From Hyphomicrobiaceae bacterium (lineage in GTDB: Bacteria; Pseudomonadota; Alphaproteobacteria; Rhizobiales; Hyphomicrobiaceae), in NCBI GenBank assembly GCA_035550075.1, contig DASZQG010000049.1:7490-71489 (forward strand): 64,000 bases of DNA, given 5' to 3'. Positions 9,247-18,218 of the stretch are shown here, piece by piece; position 1 is the stretch's first letter; the number at the start of each line of letters is the position of its first letter. Made by a program: the position numbers and the translations under genes. The notes below the pieces were generated by a model. It had not been told where the DNA came from, searched no databases, and saw only the letters and a list, made by a program, of their open reading frames with translations.

Positions 9247-9495
9247 AAGCGGCATCGCCCACCGGTCCCGGAGCATTTGCTTAAAAGGCGAATGCTGCCG
9301 CCATGGGTCCGTTAAACCTCGCGACTTAGAACTCCCCGCCACGCGCGGCGAGGCGTCAGATCTCGTGGTGCGCAAAGAACGTCGCCGCGGGGCGACCGAC
9401 GTGCGTTGCAGACCGATTTTTCGCGGCCTCGCCTGCCCGCAGGCGCGCCCCCGGCCTTCACGCATGCTGGCGCGAGCGGATTGGGGACTGCTGCG

Positions 9496-11970
9496 ATGCC
9501 TGCCCACCTGAAACTGCCGCGGCCGCAGATCGCCACCAAGCTTTACGGCGCCATCGCGCTGTTCCTGGTGATGGTGTACGCGCTGGCGGCGTCAGCCATT
9601 CACTTTGCCAGCCGCACCGAGGAGACCGCCACGCGGCTGCGCGCCGACGGGCTGACCCGCGTGGAGGCCATCGCCCGCGTGGAGAGCCTTCTCGCGCACC
9701 ACAAGCGGCTGGTGGCGAGCGCCCCTGTTGCTGCCGACCGCGGCGCGCTCGATGCGGATCAGCAGGCCTACCGGGCGCTGACGGCGGATATTGCCGCGCT
9801 CGTTGAGCGCTCACAGCGCGCGGGCGATGTGCGGTCCTCGGAGCGCTTTGCCGCGATCGCGGCCGCGGGGCAGGCGGCGATCGAAGCGGCGGCGCGCGGC
9901 CAACATGCGCAGGCGCTCGCCTCCGTCGCCGCCTACACTGACGCCATGGGCGGACTGGAGCGCAGCCTTGCCGCGCAGCGCCTATCCAATCTCGATGAGG
10001 TGGAGAGCACGCTGGCCCGCCTCGCGGAGCGGTCGCGCACCCTGATCACCTGGGTTGCCGCCGGCGCGGCCGTCACGGGGCTGCTGCTTGGTCCGCTCGG
10101 CCTGCTGCTCCTGCATCGCATGCTGACGCGGCTGCAGGCCATCGGCTGGGCACTAATCAGGCTCGCCCGCAACGACACCTCCGTCGATATTCCCGGCGCC
10201 TTGGCGTCCGATGAGATCGGCCAGCTCGCCCGCTCGGTCAGCGTGTTCAAGGCCAAGTCGATCGAGCTGCTGCAAAAGAAGGCGGAACTGGAGCGCGTCA
10301 ACCTGCAGCTCGACGCAGCCATCAACAACATCCCGCTGGGCCTGAGCATGTTCGACGCGCAGGAGCGCCTGCTCGTCTGCAACAAGACCTACGCAGAAAT
10401 GTACGATGTGCCGCGCGAGCTGGCGCGGCCGGGCACCGTGCACTGCGCGCTGTGGGAGCACCGGGTGCGCCGCGGCGCCCGCCACTCCGAACAGCAGGAA
10501 GTGACGGCGGAGGTCCGCATGGGTGGCGGTCCGCTGCGCCCGCCCTCGATGATCATCGAATTCGGCACGGATCGCGTCATCGCGGTGTCGCGCCAGCCGC
10601 TGCAGGGCGGCGGCTGGGTCTCGCTGCACGAGGACATTACCCAGCGGCGGCGGCAGGAGGAGAAAATCACGCATCTAGCGCGCCACGATGCCCTGACCGG
10701 GCTCGCCAACCGCGCCCTGTTTCGCGACCAGCTCGAGGGGGCGCTGCAACGGCTGCCGCGTGGCCAGGGTTTTGCCGTGCTGTGCCTCGACCTCGACCAC
10801 TTCAAGACGGTCAACGATACGCTGGGCCACCCGGTGGGCGACGCCCTGCTTGTGCAGGCGGGCGAACGCCTGCTCGCCTGCGTGCGGGAGGGCGACCTGG
10901 TGGCGCGGATGGGTGGTGACGAGTTCGCGATCATCCAGGCCAGCGTGCGCGACAGTACCCAGACCGAAAACCTCGCTGCGCGTATCGTCGAAACCGTCAG
11001 CGCGCCGTATGTCATCGACGGGCAGCGCGTCGACATTTCGACCAGCGTCGGCATCACGCTGGCACCGCGCGACGGCGACGAAGCCGAGCGGCTGATGAAG
11101 AACGCAGATCTCGCGCTCTACCGGGCCAAGTCCGACGGCCGCCGCGGGCACGCCTTCTACTGCGCAAAGATGAACGACAGGATGCAGGAACGACGCGGGC
11201 TGGAGGAGGATCTGCGGCGCGCGCTGCACGCCGAGCAGGTCAGGCTCGTGTATCAGCCGTTCGTGAATGTCCATTCGCGCAAGGTGGCCGCGTTCAGGGC
11301 GCTGCCGGACTGGCACCATCCCGGCCACGGGCCGCTGTCCCCGGGCGATTTCGTCAGCCTGGCCGAGGACGCGGGCGTGATCGTCGAGGCCGGGGAATGG
11401 ATGCTGCAGCGCGCGTGCGCCCAGGCGGTACGCTGGCCCAACAGCGTGCGGGTGGCGGTGAGCGTCTCGCCGCTCCAGTTCCAGAAGCGCAACCTGGTCG
11501 AGGCCGTGCTGCAGGCGCTGGCGGCGTCGGGGCTGGCGCCTCAGCGTCTGGAGCTGGACATTGCCGAATCCACGCTGGTGCATGAGAGCAAGAGCATGCT
11601 GGCGGTGCTACACCAGTTGCGCCAGCTTGGCGTGGCGATTGCGCTGGCGGATTTCGGCCGGGGCTATTGCGCGCTCAGTTATCTGCGCAGCTTCCCCTTC
11701 GACGTGGTCAGGATCGACAAGGGGCTCATCGCCGCCATGCCGCACAAGCCGGACGCGCGGGCGATCGTGCAATCCATCGTCGGGCTGGGACATAACCTGG
11801 GCATGACGACAGGGGCCGAGGGCGTGGAAAGCTTCGAGCAGCTCGAGCTGCTCGCCGCATGCGGCTGCAACGAGGTGCAGGGCTATCTGCTGAGCCCACC
11901 CCTGGCGGCGGATCAGACCGATGGCGCGCTCAATGAGCGCGTCCGCATCGCGCAAAACGCCGCGGCGTGA
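9496..11970 (+). CDS. membrane sensor protein: 2 TM + HAMP + PAS + GGDEF + degenerate EAL
   Basis: The GGDEF motif is intact (ARMGGDEFAI) with an RxxD I-site (REGD) 5 residues upstream. The EAL domain has FRAL in place of EAL, VSVS for VN.S, LDIAE for LEITE and ADFG for DDFG. Start chosen at MPAHLKLPRPQIATKLYGAIALFLV. Confidence 0.9.
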   Translation: MPAHLKLPRPQIATKLYGAIALFLVMVYALAASAIHFASRTEETATRLRADGLTRVEAIARVESLLAHHKRLVASAPVAADRGALDADQQAYRALTADIAALVERSQRAGDVRSSERFAAIAAAGQAAIEAAARGQHAQALASVAAYTDAMGGLERSLAAQRLSNLDEVESTLARLAERSRTLITWVAAGAAVTGLLLGPLGLLLLHRMLTRLQAIGWALIRLARNDTSVDIPGALASDEIGQLARSVSVFKAKSIELLQKKAELERVNLQLDAAINNIPLGLSMFDAQERLLVCNKTYAEMYDVPRELARPGTVHCALWEHRVRRGARHSEQQEVTAEVRMGGGPLRPPSMIIEFGTDRVIAVSRQPLQGGGWVSLHEDITQRRRQEEKITHLARHDALTGLANRALFRDQLEGALQRLPRGQGFAVLCLDLDHFKTVNDTLGHPVGDALLVQAGERLLACVREGDLVARMGGDEFAIIQASVRDSTQTENLAARIVETVSAPYVIDGQRVDISTSVGITLAPRDGDEAERLMKNADLALYRAKSDGRRGHAFYCAKMNDRMQERRGLEEDLRRALHAEQVRLVYQPFVNVHSRKVAAFRALPDWHHPGHGPLSPGDFVSLAEDAGVIVEAGEWMLQRACAQAVRWPNSVRVAVSVSPLQFQKRNLVEAVLQALAASGLAPQRLELDIAESTLVHESKSMLAVLHQLRQLGVAIALADFGRGYCALSYLRSFPFDVVRIDKGLIAAMPHKPDARAIVQSIVGLGHNLGMTTGAEGVESFEQLELLAACGCNEVQGYLLSPPLAADQTDGALNERVRIAQNAAA

Positions 11971-11980
11971 GGGTCACGGA

Positions 11981-13129
11981 TCAATCCAGCGTGCGGCGGA
12001 AGCGACGCACGGCAATCGTCATCGCCAACAGCATCAGCCCGGCCAACGCCAGGGCCTCCACGTGGAGGTCATAGAGGTCCGAGCCCTTGAGCATGATGCC
12101 CCGCACGATGCGGATGTAGTGCGTCAGAGGCAGAAACTCGCCGAAGATCTGTGCCCAGCGCGGCATGCCGGCGTACGGGAACATGAAGCCTGACAGCAGG
12201 ATGTTGGGCAGGAAGAACATGAACGACATCTGGATCGCCTGAAGCTGGTTCTGGGCGATGGTGGAGAAGGTGTAGCCGACGGACAGGTTGGTGGCGATGA
12301 ACAGCGTGCTGAGCGCTGCCAGCAGCGTCACGCTGCCGTTGACCGGCACCTGGAAGATCAGGGAGCCGAAACCGAGGATCAGCGCGGCCTGGATGAACCC
12401 GATGAAAATGTAGGGCGTGATCTTGCCGATCATAACCTCCAGTGGACGGATCGGCATGGCGAGCAGGCTCTCCATGGTGCCGCGCTCGATCTCGCGCGTG
12501 ACCGACAGCGCGGTGAAGATCAGCATGGTCATGGTGAGGATGGTGCCGAGCAGGCCGGGCACAATGTTGAGGCTGGTGACAGCGGCGGGATTGTAGCGCC
12601 GGTGCTGGCGGATCTCGAAGGCAGGAACCGACTGGATGGTCTCGGGCAGGCCGCGGTCGCGCGCCAGCGCGCGCGACACGATGCCCTCGAGCGCGCCCAG
12701 CGCGGTGCCGGCCGCGACGGGATCGCTGGCGTCGGCCACAACCAGCAGGGCCGGGCGGTCTCCGCGCCGCACGGCCCGCTCGAACCCGGCAGGAATCTCC
12801 ACCCCGAACAGAATGTCGCCGGCGCGCATCCAGCGATCCATCTCCTCTTCCGAATGCGCGATGCGCGTGAGCTTGAAATAGGAGGTATTGCTGAGAGCGG
12901 CCAGGATCGAGCGGCCGAGGTCGCTTTCCTCATGCACCAGTACGGCTGTGGGCAGATGGCGCGGCGTGGTGTTGATGGCGAAGCCGAACAGCAGGAGCTG
13001 CACCAGGGGAATGAAGATCATGGTGGCGAAAGTCAGCCGGTCGCGGCGGAGCTGGACGAACTCCTTGATGAACATCGCGAGCGTGCGCGAAACGGCGCCC
13101 GAGCGGCGCAGACGGTCCAGGCTGATCAT
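11981..13129 (-). CDS. ABC-2 type transporter permease
   Basis: The true start, MISLDRLRRSGAVSRTLAMFIKEFVQLRRDRLTF, overlaps the ATPase stop (ATGA at 13126-13129). The protein is polytopic. The 638-aa track ORF is a read-through artefact. Confidence 0.9.
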   Translation of the reverse strand: MISLDRLRRSGAVSRTLAMFIKEFVQLRRDRLTFATMIFIPLVQLLLFGFAINTTPRHLPTAVLVHEESDLGRSILAALSNTSYFKLTRIAHSEEEMDRWMRAGDILFGVEIPAGFERAVRRGDRPALLVVADASDPVAAGTALGALEGIVSRALARDRGLPETIQSVPAFEIRQHRRYNPAAVTSLNIVPGLLGTILTMTMLIFTALSVTREIERGTMESLLAMPIRPLEVMIGKITPYIFIGFIQAALILGFGSLIFQVPVNGSVTLLAALSTLFIATNLSVGYTFSTIAQNQLQAIQMSFMFFLPNILLSGFMFPYAGMPRWAQIFGEFLPLTHYIRIVRGIMLKGSDLYDLHVEALALAGLMLLAMTIAVRRFRRTLD

Positions 13130-14094
13130 CGGAAATTGTCCTGCGAGCGCCCCATCAGGTCGATGAACACATCCTCCAGCGTCGGCTCGGACGCGGTCCA
13201 GGAGAGCTGAGGATCGGCCCGGAACCGGGCCACGGCGGTTTCCAGCTTGCCGGCGTCTCGGCCGGAGACGTGCAGGCTGCTGCCGAACGGCGCCACCATG
13301 TCGATGCCGGGCGTGGCCGTGAGCTTGTCGGACAGGGTTTGCAGGTCCGGGCCGCTCACCGAATAAGTCTTCAGGTGCGAGGCAGCGATCACCTCCTCGA
13401 TGGTGCCCTGGGCAAGCAGCTCGCCGTAGGCGATGTAGGCGATCTCGTGGCAGCGCTCGGCCTCGTCCATGTAGTGGGTGGAGACGAGCACCGTCATGCC
13501 CTCCGACGCCAGCTTGTGGATCTCGCCCCAGAACTCGCGCCGCGCCTTCGGGTCGACGCCGGCGGTGGGCTCGTCGAGCAGCAGCAGGTCGGGCTTGGGC
13601 AGGATGCAGGCGCCGAGCGCCAGGCGCTGTTTCCAGCCGCCGGAGAGCAGGCCGGCAAGCTGCGTCTCGCGTCCCTGCAGCCCGAGCTGCGCGATGGCCT
13701 CCCGCGCGGCCTTGGTGGGATCGGGCAGGGAATACATGCGCGCCACGAACTCGAGGTTCTCCTGGATGGAGAGGTCCTGATAGAGGCTGAAGCGCTGTGT
13801 CATGTAGCCGACGTGGCGCTTGATCTCCTCGCTTTGCGTGCGGATGTCGTAGCCGAGCGCGGTGCCGCGCCCGCTGTCGGGCGTCAGCAGCCCGCACAGC
13901 ATGCGCAGCGTGGTGGTCTTGCCGGAGCCGTTGGGGCCGAGGAAGCCGTATATCTGCCCCCGGCGCACGCGCATGGTGAGGTTGCGCACCACCACCTTGC
14001 CGTCGAAGGACTTGGTGAGGCCTTCGACCTCGACGGCGATGTCGCCGTTCCTAGCCGGCGCGGGCGTGGCGCTATGTGCCTCACCGTTGCGCAT
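13126..14094 (-). CDS. ABC transporter ATP-binding protein
   Basis: Walker A GPNGSGKTT, signature LSGGWKQRL and Walker B LLLLDEP are all present. Confidence 0.92.
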   Translation of the reverse strand: MRNGEAHSATPAPARNGDIAVEVEGLTKSFDGKVVVRNLTMRVRRGQIYGFLGPNGSGKTTTLRMLCGLLTPDSGRGTALGYDIRTQSEEIKRHVGYMTQRFSLYQDLSIQENLEFVARMYSLPDPTKAAREAIAQLGLQGRETQLAGLLSGGWKQRLALGACILPKPDLLLLDEPTAGVDPKARREFWGEIHKLASEGMTVLVSTHYMDEAERCHEIAYIAYGELLAQGTIEEVIAASHLKTYSVSGPDLQTLSDKLTATPGIDMVAPFGSSLHVSGRDAGKLETAVARFRADPQLSWTASEPTLEDVFIDLMGRSQDNFR

Positions 14095-14887
14095 GCGATA
14101 CGCCGCTGCTGTCTGTCCGCAGGACGATGGAAGCGGGCTGGCCGACCCGCAGGTCCTCCGGATGCTCGGGCAGAGCCTCGATGCGAAACACCAGGCGCGC
14201 CCGCTCTTCCTGGCTGTAGATGATGGGCGGGGTGAACTCGGCCTGCGCCGAGATGAAGCTCACGCGCGCTGCAAGGGCCGCTTTGCAGCCGTCGCAGTGG
14301 ACTACCACGTGGTCGCCGATGTGGATCTTCGGCAGCATCGCCTGTGGAACGAAGAAGCGCACCTTGACGTTGCCGGGCGGCAGCAGGGACACGATCGGCC
14401 GGCCGGGTTGCACCATCTCGCCGACGCGGTAGTAGACCTCCTGGATCGTCCCCGTTGCCGGGCTGGCGAGACTTCGCCGTTCGAGCCTCGTCTTGGCCGA
14501 GTTGAGCCTGGCTTCGGCGGTGCGCAGGGCAGATTGCGCGTCGTCGAAGGTCTTCTGCGAGCCTACCGAGCGCTTCAGAAGCTCCTGGGCGCGATCGAAG
14601 GTCACACGCGCGTTGGCGACGGCGGCCTCGTTCTCGGCCACGGCCGCCTTCTGCAGGTCGGAATCCAGGGTGAACAGCGGTGCCCCGGCGGTCACCCGGC
14701 TCCCTTCGCGCACCGACAGCGTCTCCACGCGGCCGGCCTCGTCCGGGCTGATGAATACCAGCTCGGCCTCCACCCAGCCCTGGAATTCGAGCGGTGCGGT
14801 GCTCTCGCGCAGGTAGATGTACGCGGCGGCGCCAAGCCCGACCGCGATGGCGCCGGCCGCGATGGCAATGCGTCTTGTCCTGTTCAC
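14081..14887 (-). CDS. HlyD-family periplasmic adaptor (membrane fusion) protein
   Basis: N-terminal TM segment, a coiled-coil region (DSDLQKAAVAENEAAVANARVTFDRAQELLKRS...) and a beta-barrel/lipoyl-like motif (ASPATGTIQEVYYRVGEMV). The GTG start overlaps the TetR stop. Confidence 0.9.
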   Translation of the reverse strand: MNRTRRIAIAAGAIAVGLGAAAYIYLRESTAPLEFQGWVEAELVFISPDEAGRVETLSVREGSRVTAGAPLFTLDSDLQKAAVAENEAAVANARVTFDRAQELLKRSVGSQKTFDDAQSALRTAEARLNSAKTRLERRSLASPATGTIQEVYYRVGEMVQPGRPIVSLLPPGNVKVRFFVPQAMLPKIHIGDHVVVHCDGCKAALAARVSFISAQAEFTPPIIYSQEERARLVFRIEALPEHPEDLRVGQPASIVLRTDSSGVSHAQR

Positions 14888-15621
14888 GGCGCGCTCCTTG
14901 CCGGTCGGCCGGCCAATACATCGAGGTGAGCGCGCAGCAGCCCGCGCGCATCGAGCGGATCCAGCCTGGCGAACAGGCCATCCCAGATCACCGACATCAG
15001 CAGGGGCGCGACGATGAGCTGCGGGAAACGCGCGGTGGCATCGACGGCAAGATCACCTTCACGGGCGCCGCGGGCGGCGACCTCACGCAGCAGGCGCAGG
15101 CCGCGGGAGACGACTTCGCGGTAGTAGAACTCGGCGATGGCAGGAAAGCGCGGTCCTTCGCTGATGATGAGGCGCAGCAGCAGGCGGCGGTGCGTACCGA
15201 GCACCTCCTTCTCGAACAGGGTGAAGAAGGCACCGAGGGTTTCCGTTGCGGGCACGTTGTCCGCGCGCGCTGCTTGACTCATGCCTTCAAACACCGGCTG
15301 GACGGCGCTGCGGATCAGCTCCTCGAAAAGCGCTTCCTTGTCCTGGAAATAGAGATAGAGCGTGCCCTTGGCGACGCCGGCGCGCGTGGCCACGTCATCG
15401 AGCCGCGCGGCATCGAACCCGCGCTCGGCGAAGATCGCAAGTGCCGCATCGAGGATCGCCTGCCGGCGTGCCTGCGGCTCCACCCTGCGCCCGCGCGCGG
15501 GCTTGGCGGTAACACGCGGAGGCTTGGCCGGGCTCCTCGATGGGGCTGTGCGCGGCTGCCTCGGCGCGCGCGGCGCTGCCGGGTGCCGGGTGCGGGCGGT
15601 AGCTGCCGGCTTGCGCGGCAT
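14884..15621 (-). CDS. TetR-family transcriptional regulator (with about 55-aa Pro/Arg/Ala-rich N-terminal extension)
   Basis: HTH region ILDAALAIFAERGFDAARLDDVATRAGVAKGTLYLYFQDKEALF. It is the first gene of the TetR-HlyD-ABC-ABC2 operon. Confidence 0.9.
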   Translation of the reverse strand: MPRKPAATARTRHPAAPRAPRQPRTAPSRSPAKPPRVTAKPARGRRVEPQARRQAILDAALAIFAERGFDAARLDDVATRAGVAKGTLYLYFQDKEALFEELIRSAVQPVFEGMSQAARADNVPATETLGAFFTLFEKEVLGTHRRLLLRLIISEGPRFPAIAEFYYREVVSRGLRLLREVAARGAREGDLAVDATARFPQLIVAPLLMSVIWDGLFARLDPLDARGLLRAHLDVLAGRPARSAP

Positions 15622-15635
15622 GGGAATGCTCCTGC

Positions 15636-15657
15636 TATGACTGACCCGTCAGTCATA
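15636..15657. promoter_or_regulatory. candidate TetR operator (perfect 10-bp inverted repeat)
   Basis: TATGACTGAC-cc-GTCAGTCATA lies 15 bp upstream of the TetR start codon. Confidence 0.55.
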
Positions 15658-16323
15658 TACGCCCAGGAAACCGTTTTGCAAGCGGAAGCGGGATCACGGT
15701 TTCGGGAAGCCGCCGGCGCGGGCCATGGTATGGCCGGCGCGACCGAATGGGGGCCGGTCCGAAAGTGCCGCGAGGCCCCCCGGGCGCACACATCGTGTGC
15801 TGGGTGGCGCGTGGCCCGTCACGACGCAGCGGCACAGCCTGCGCTTGCGGAGGCGGTTCCGCTTTCGCGTACGGGCGAATGCGGCCCATGCGGACGCATC
15901 GTCGCACGACAGACAAAGAACCATGGAGGCGGAGCGGCGGACGGCTGGCATACCGGATCGGACAAGCAGCTTGAAAAGCATCGCCTTCCCGACGGGTAAG
16001 GACTTGTGCGGCCGTGCCTTCGCCACAATCCATCGCGTGCTGCATGCACACGTGCACGCGCAAGGACGTGTCCGTGCTGCCGCACACGACGATTTGTTTC
16101 TTCGTCCGTGAACCGAGCAGGCTTGCCAGCACAATTTCGCCTACCCAGTATGAGATCCGGCCCGTGCGATCCATCGGATCGGGCGTCCGGAGTGTGAGCA
16201 CATCGCAACGTATGCTGCCGATTGCGACGGATTCGCCGGAAGGCCGCGTTCTGACTGCGGGCTTCATGCCGGTGCGCCAATTCGAAGCCTGCTGACAGTT
16301 TCAACCCTCTCGAGGTCTCCACC

Positions 16324-16662
16324 ATGAACCGCCTTCTTGCCCTTGTCGTCGTGCCGTTCCTGGCCGTGGGGCCCGTGCACGCCGCCAGTCCCAAGGTCGA
16401 GGCTGCGATCCAGGCCGTTTCCAAGATCCCCGCCGACACCGCGAAGTTCCAGGGCTATTGCGCGCTGCTGACCGAGCTCGATGCCGCCGGCGAAGAGGGG
16501 CCAAAGGTGGACGAGGTGCAGAACAAGCTCTCGGACTTCATGCAGTCGATGGGACCGGACGTGGCCGCGGCATGGGCGCTCTACGACGAGCTGGAGCCTG
16601 AGTCCGAGGACGGCAAGGCGCTGGCGGCGGCCTTCGAGGCGCTCGACGAAAAGTGCCCCTGA
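16324..16662 (+). CDS. small secreted acidic hypothetical protein
   Basis: 112 aa with the signal peptide MNRLLALVVVPFLAVGPVHAAS, two Cys residues and good GC3 bias. I recognise no family. Confidence 0.65.
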   Translation: MNRLLALVVVPFLAVGPVHAASPKVEAAIQAVSKIPADTAKFQGYCALLTELDAAGEEGPKVDEVQNKLSDFMQSMGPDVAAAWALYDELEPESEDGKALAAAFEALDEKCP

Positions 16663-16696
16663 GCGCAGCCGCCTGCACCACGCAGCCGCTCGGCGG

Positions 16697-18112
16697 TCAC
16701 ACATACTGCCCGCCATTAGCCGTTGAGCCGGCTCCGCTGCCGGGGAAATAGGTTGCCCCGCCGCCGGCGGTGTAGATCACGCCATTGCTGTCGACGGTGT
16801 AGCGCGTGCCGGTGGCGCTGCCGGTGAACGTCATGCCGTTGGCGCGGAAGAGACCGAGTGAATCCGCGCGTACAAAAGCGGTGGAGAATGCCGGCGTGCC
16901 GGTGAGGGTGACTGAGATGCCGAAAGTGCGGATCATGCCGTGCGCAGCGGCATACTGGTGCGAGACGCCGCCGCCGCTGATCTTGTAGGGGCCGATCGCC
17001 GTGACGAGGCCGCCGGCATCCTGCACCCGGACGTGGTCGCCGGTGTGTGCCGCGAACTCGATGTTCTGGAAATCGACCCGCGCCGCCGTGACCAGCAGGC
17101 CGTGGCGGGTGCCGCCCGAGGTGGTGAGCTTGAGGCCGTCCAGCCGCCACAAGCCCTCGGTCTTGGTGGCGCTGAGGATCGCGGTGCCGGCGGAAATCGA
17201 GAGAACCACGTTGGCGGGCGTGGTTGGATCCCCGCGCAGGATGACCGTGCCGGCGCCGCTGAGCGACTTGAGCGTGAGGTTCTCGGTCCAGGTGCCGTTG
17301 GCGATCTGGATGGTGGCGTCGTAGATGCCGAGGTCAAGTCCGCCGACAGTGTCGATGGCCTTCTGGATGGTGAGGAAGGCGCCGCCGGCGCTGTTGGTGA
17401 GGCCGTCGTTGCTGTCGCTGCCGTCGGCGCGCACGTAGTAGGTGCGTGCGGCGGTGAGCAGCTCGCGCCGCGGCGTGAACGGAAAGCTTGCCACGCCGGT
17501 GCTGCGATCGATGGTGATGGCGTCCTTCCACGCCGAGCCGTCGGGGCTGACCTTGACGTGGAAATTGTCGTCGCCCGCCGTGCCCATTTCGGCGCGTCCG
17601 GAGAAGCCGGTCTGAAACAGCAGGCTGGCGGTGTCGCCGGCGGCGTTCTTGTTGATCTTGTGCTGATGCCCGCTGCCGGCGTGGGTGAAGAGCGAGGCGT
17701 CGCTGGCAACCGCCAGCCGGTTGGTGGTGTCGGCCGTGGTGCTGACGCCCCAGATCGAGGCGCCGGTGGGGCTGCCGGCAGCCTCGCCCCAGGCGCTGCC
17801 GTCCCAGGCATAGAGCGCATCCTCATCCGCGACCCAGGCCGTCCAGCCCTCGTTGGGTGCGTAGAACATCCAGGCGCCGTCCTGGTACGCGGCGATTTCG
17901 CCATCGTGTCCGGCCCAGGCGCCGGTGGCGCCAGTGGCGACGATGTAGCGGGCGCCCTCGGCCGGGCTGCCGGGCGGAGCGCTCAGGTCCTTGTCGACCA
18001 CGGCGAGCTGCACAAGGGCATCGAGCGCGCGCAGCGCTTCGTTATGGGTGACATGCTTCTGGGCCTGTGCGGCCATGATGTAGGGGAGGTCGAGGTTTGC
18101 AGTGGTATCCAT
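16697..18112 (-). CDS. DUF2793-like / phage tail-fibre-like protein
   Basis: The N-terminus, TANLDLPYIMAAQAQKHVTHNEALRALDALVQLAVVD...GARYIV...AWAGHDGEIAAYQDGAWMFYAPNEGW, matches my memory of the DUF2793 family. The C-terminal 300 aa are Gly/Thr/Ala-rich and beta-helix or fibre-like. Confidence 0.75.
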   Translation of the reverse strand: MDTTANLDLPYIMAAQAQKHVTHNEALRALDALVQLAVVDKDLSAPPGSPAEGARYIVATGATGAWAGHDGEIAAYQDGAWMFYAPNEGWTAWVADEDALYAWDGSAWGEAAGSPTGASIWGVSTTADTTNRLAVASDASLFTHAGSGHQHKINKNAAGDTASLLFQTGFSGRAEMGTAGDDNFHVKVSPDGSAWKDAITIDRSTGVASFPFTPRRELLTAARTYYVRADGSDSNDGLTNSAGGAFLTIQKAIDTVGGLDLGIYDATIQIANGTWTENLTLKSLSGAGTVILRGDPTTPANVVLSISAGTAILSATKTEGLWRLDGLKLTTSGGTRHGLLVTAARVDFQNIEFAAHTGDHVRVQDAGGLVTAIGPYKISGGGVSHQYAAAHGMIRTFGISVTLTGTPAFSTAFVRADSLGLFRANGMTFTGSATGTRYTVDSNGVIYTAGGGATYFPGSGAGSTANGGQYV

Positions 18113-18218
18113 GGGTCAGGCAGGCCTTCGGTGGTGATCGCCAGCCGAATTGTCCCATGTGCGCAGGGGGGCGGGGATAAGTGCCGCCGCAGTGCGGGTG
18201 GTTAAGGCCGCGCGCGAC

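Noticed and set aside
11981-13897. 638-aa ORF suggesting a fused ATPase-permease
   Set aside because: The first 256 residues are an out-of-frame read across the ABC ATPase gene. The permease really starts at 13129, overlapping the ATPase stop codon.
15653-16267. 204-aa minus-strand ORF in the gap upstream of the efflux TetR
   Set aside because: Its GC3 is lower than neighbouring genes by eye, I recognise no family, and its C-terminal half is Pro/Arg-rich and overlaps the TetR operator. It is kept only as a possible decayed gene in the findings.
18196-18215. CtrA box upstream of the tail-fibre-like gene
   Set aside because: Only a single TTAACC half-site is present. There is no TTAA-N7-TTAA full site, which is too weak to call.
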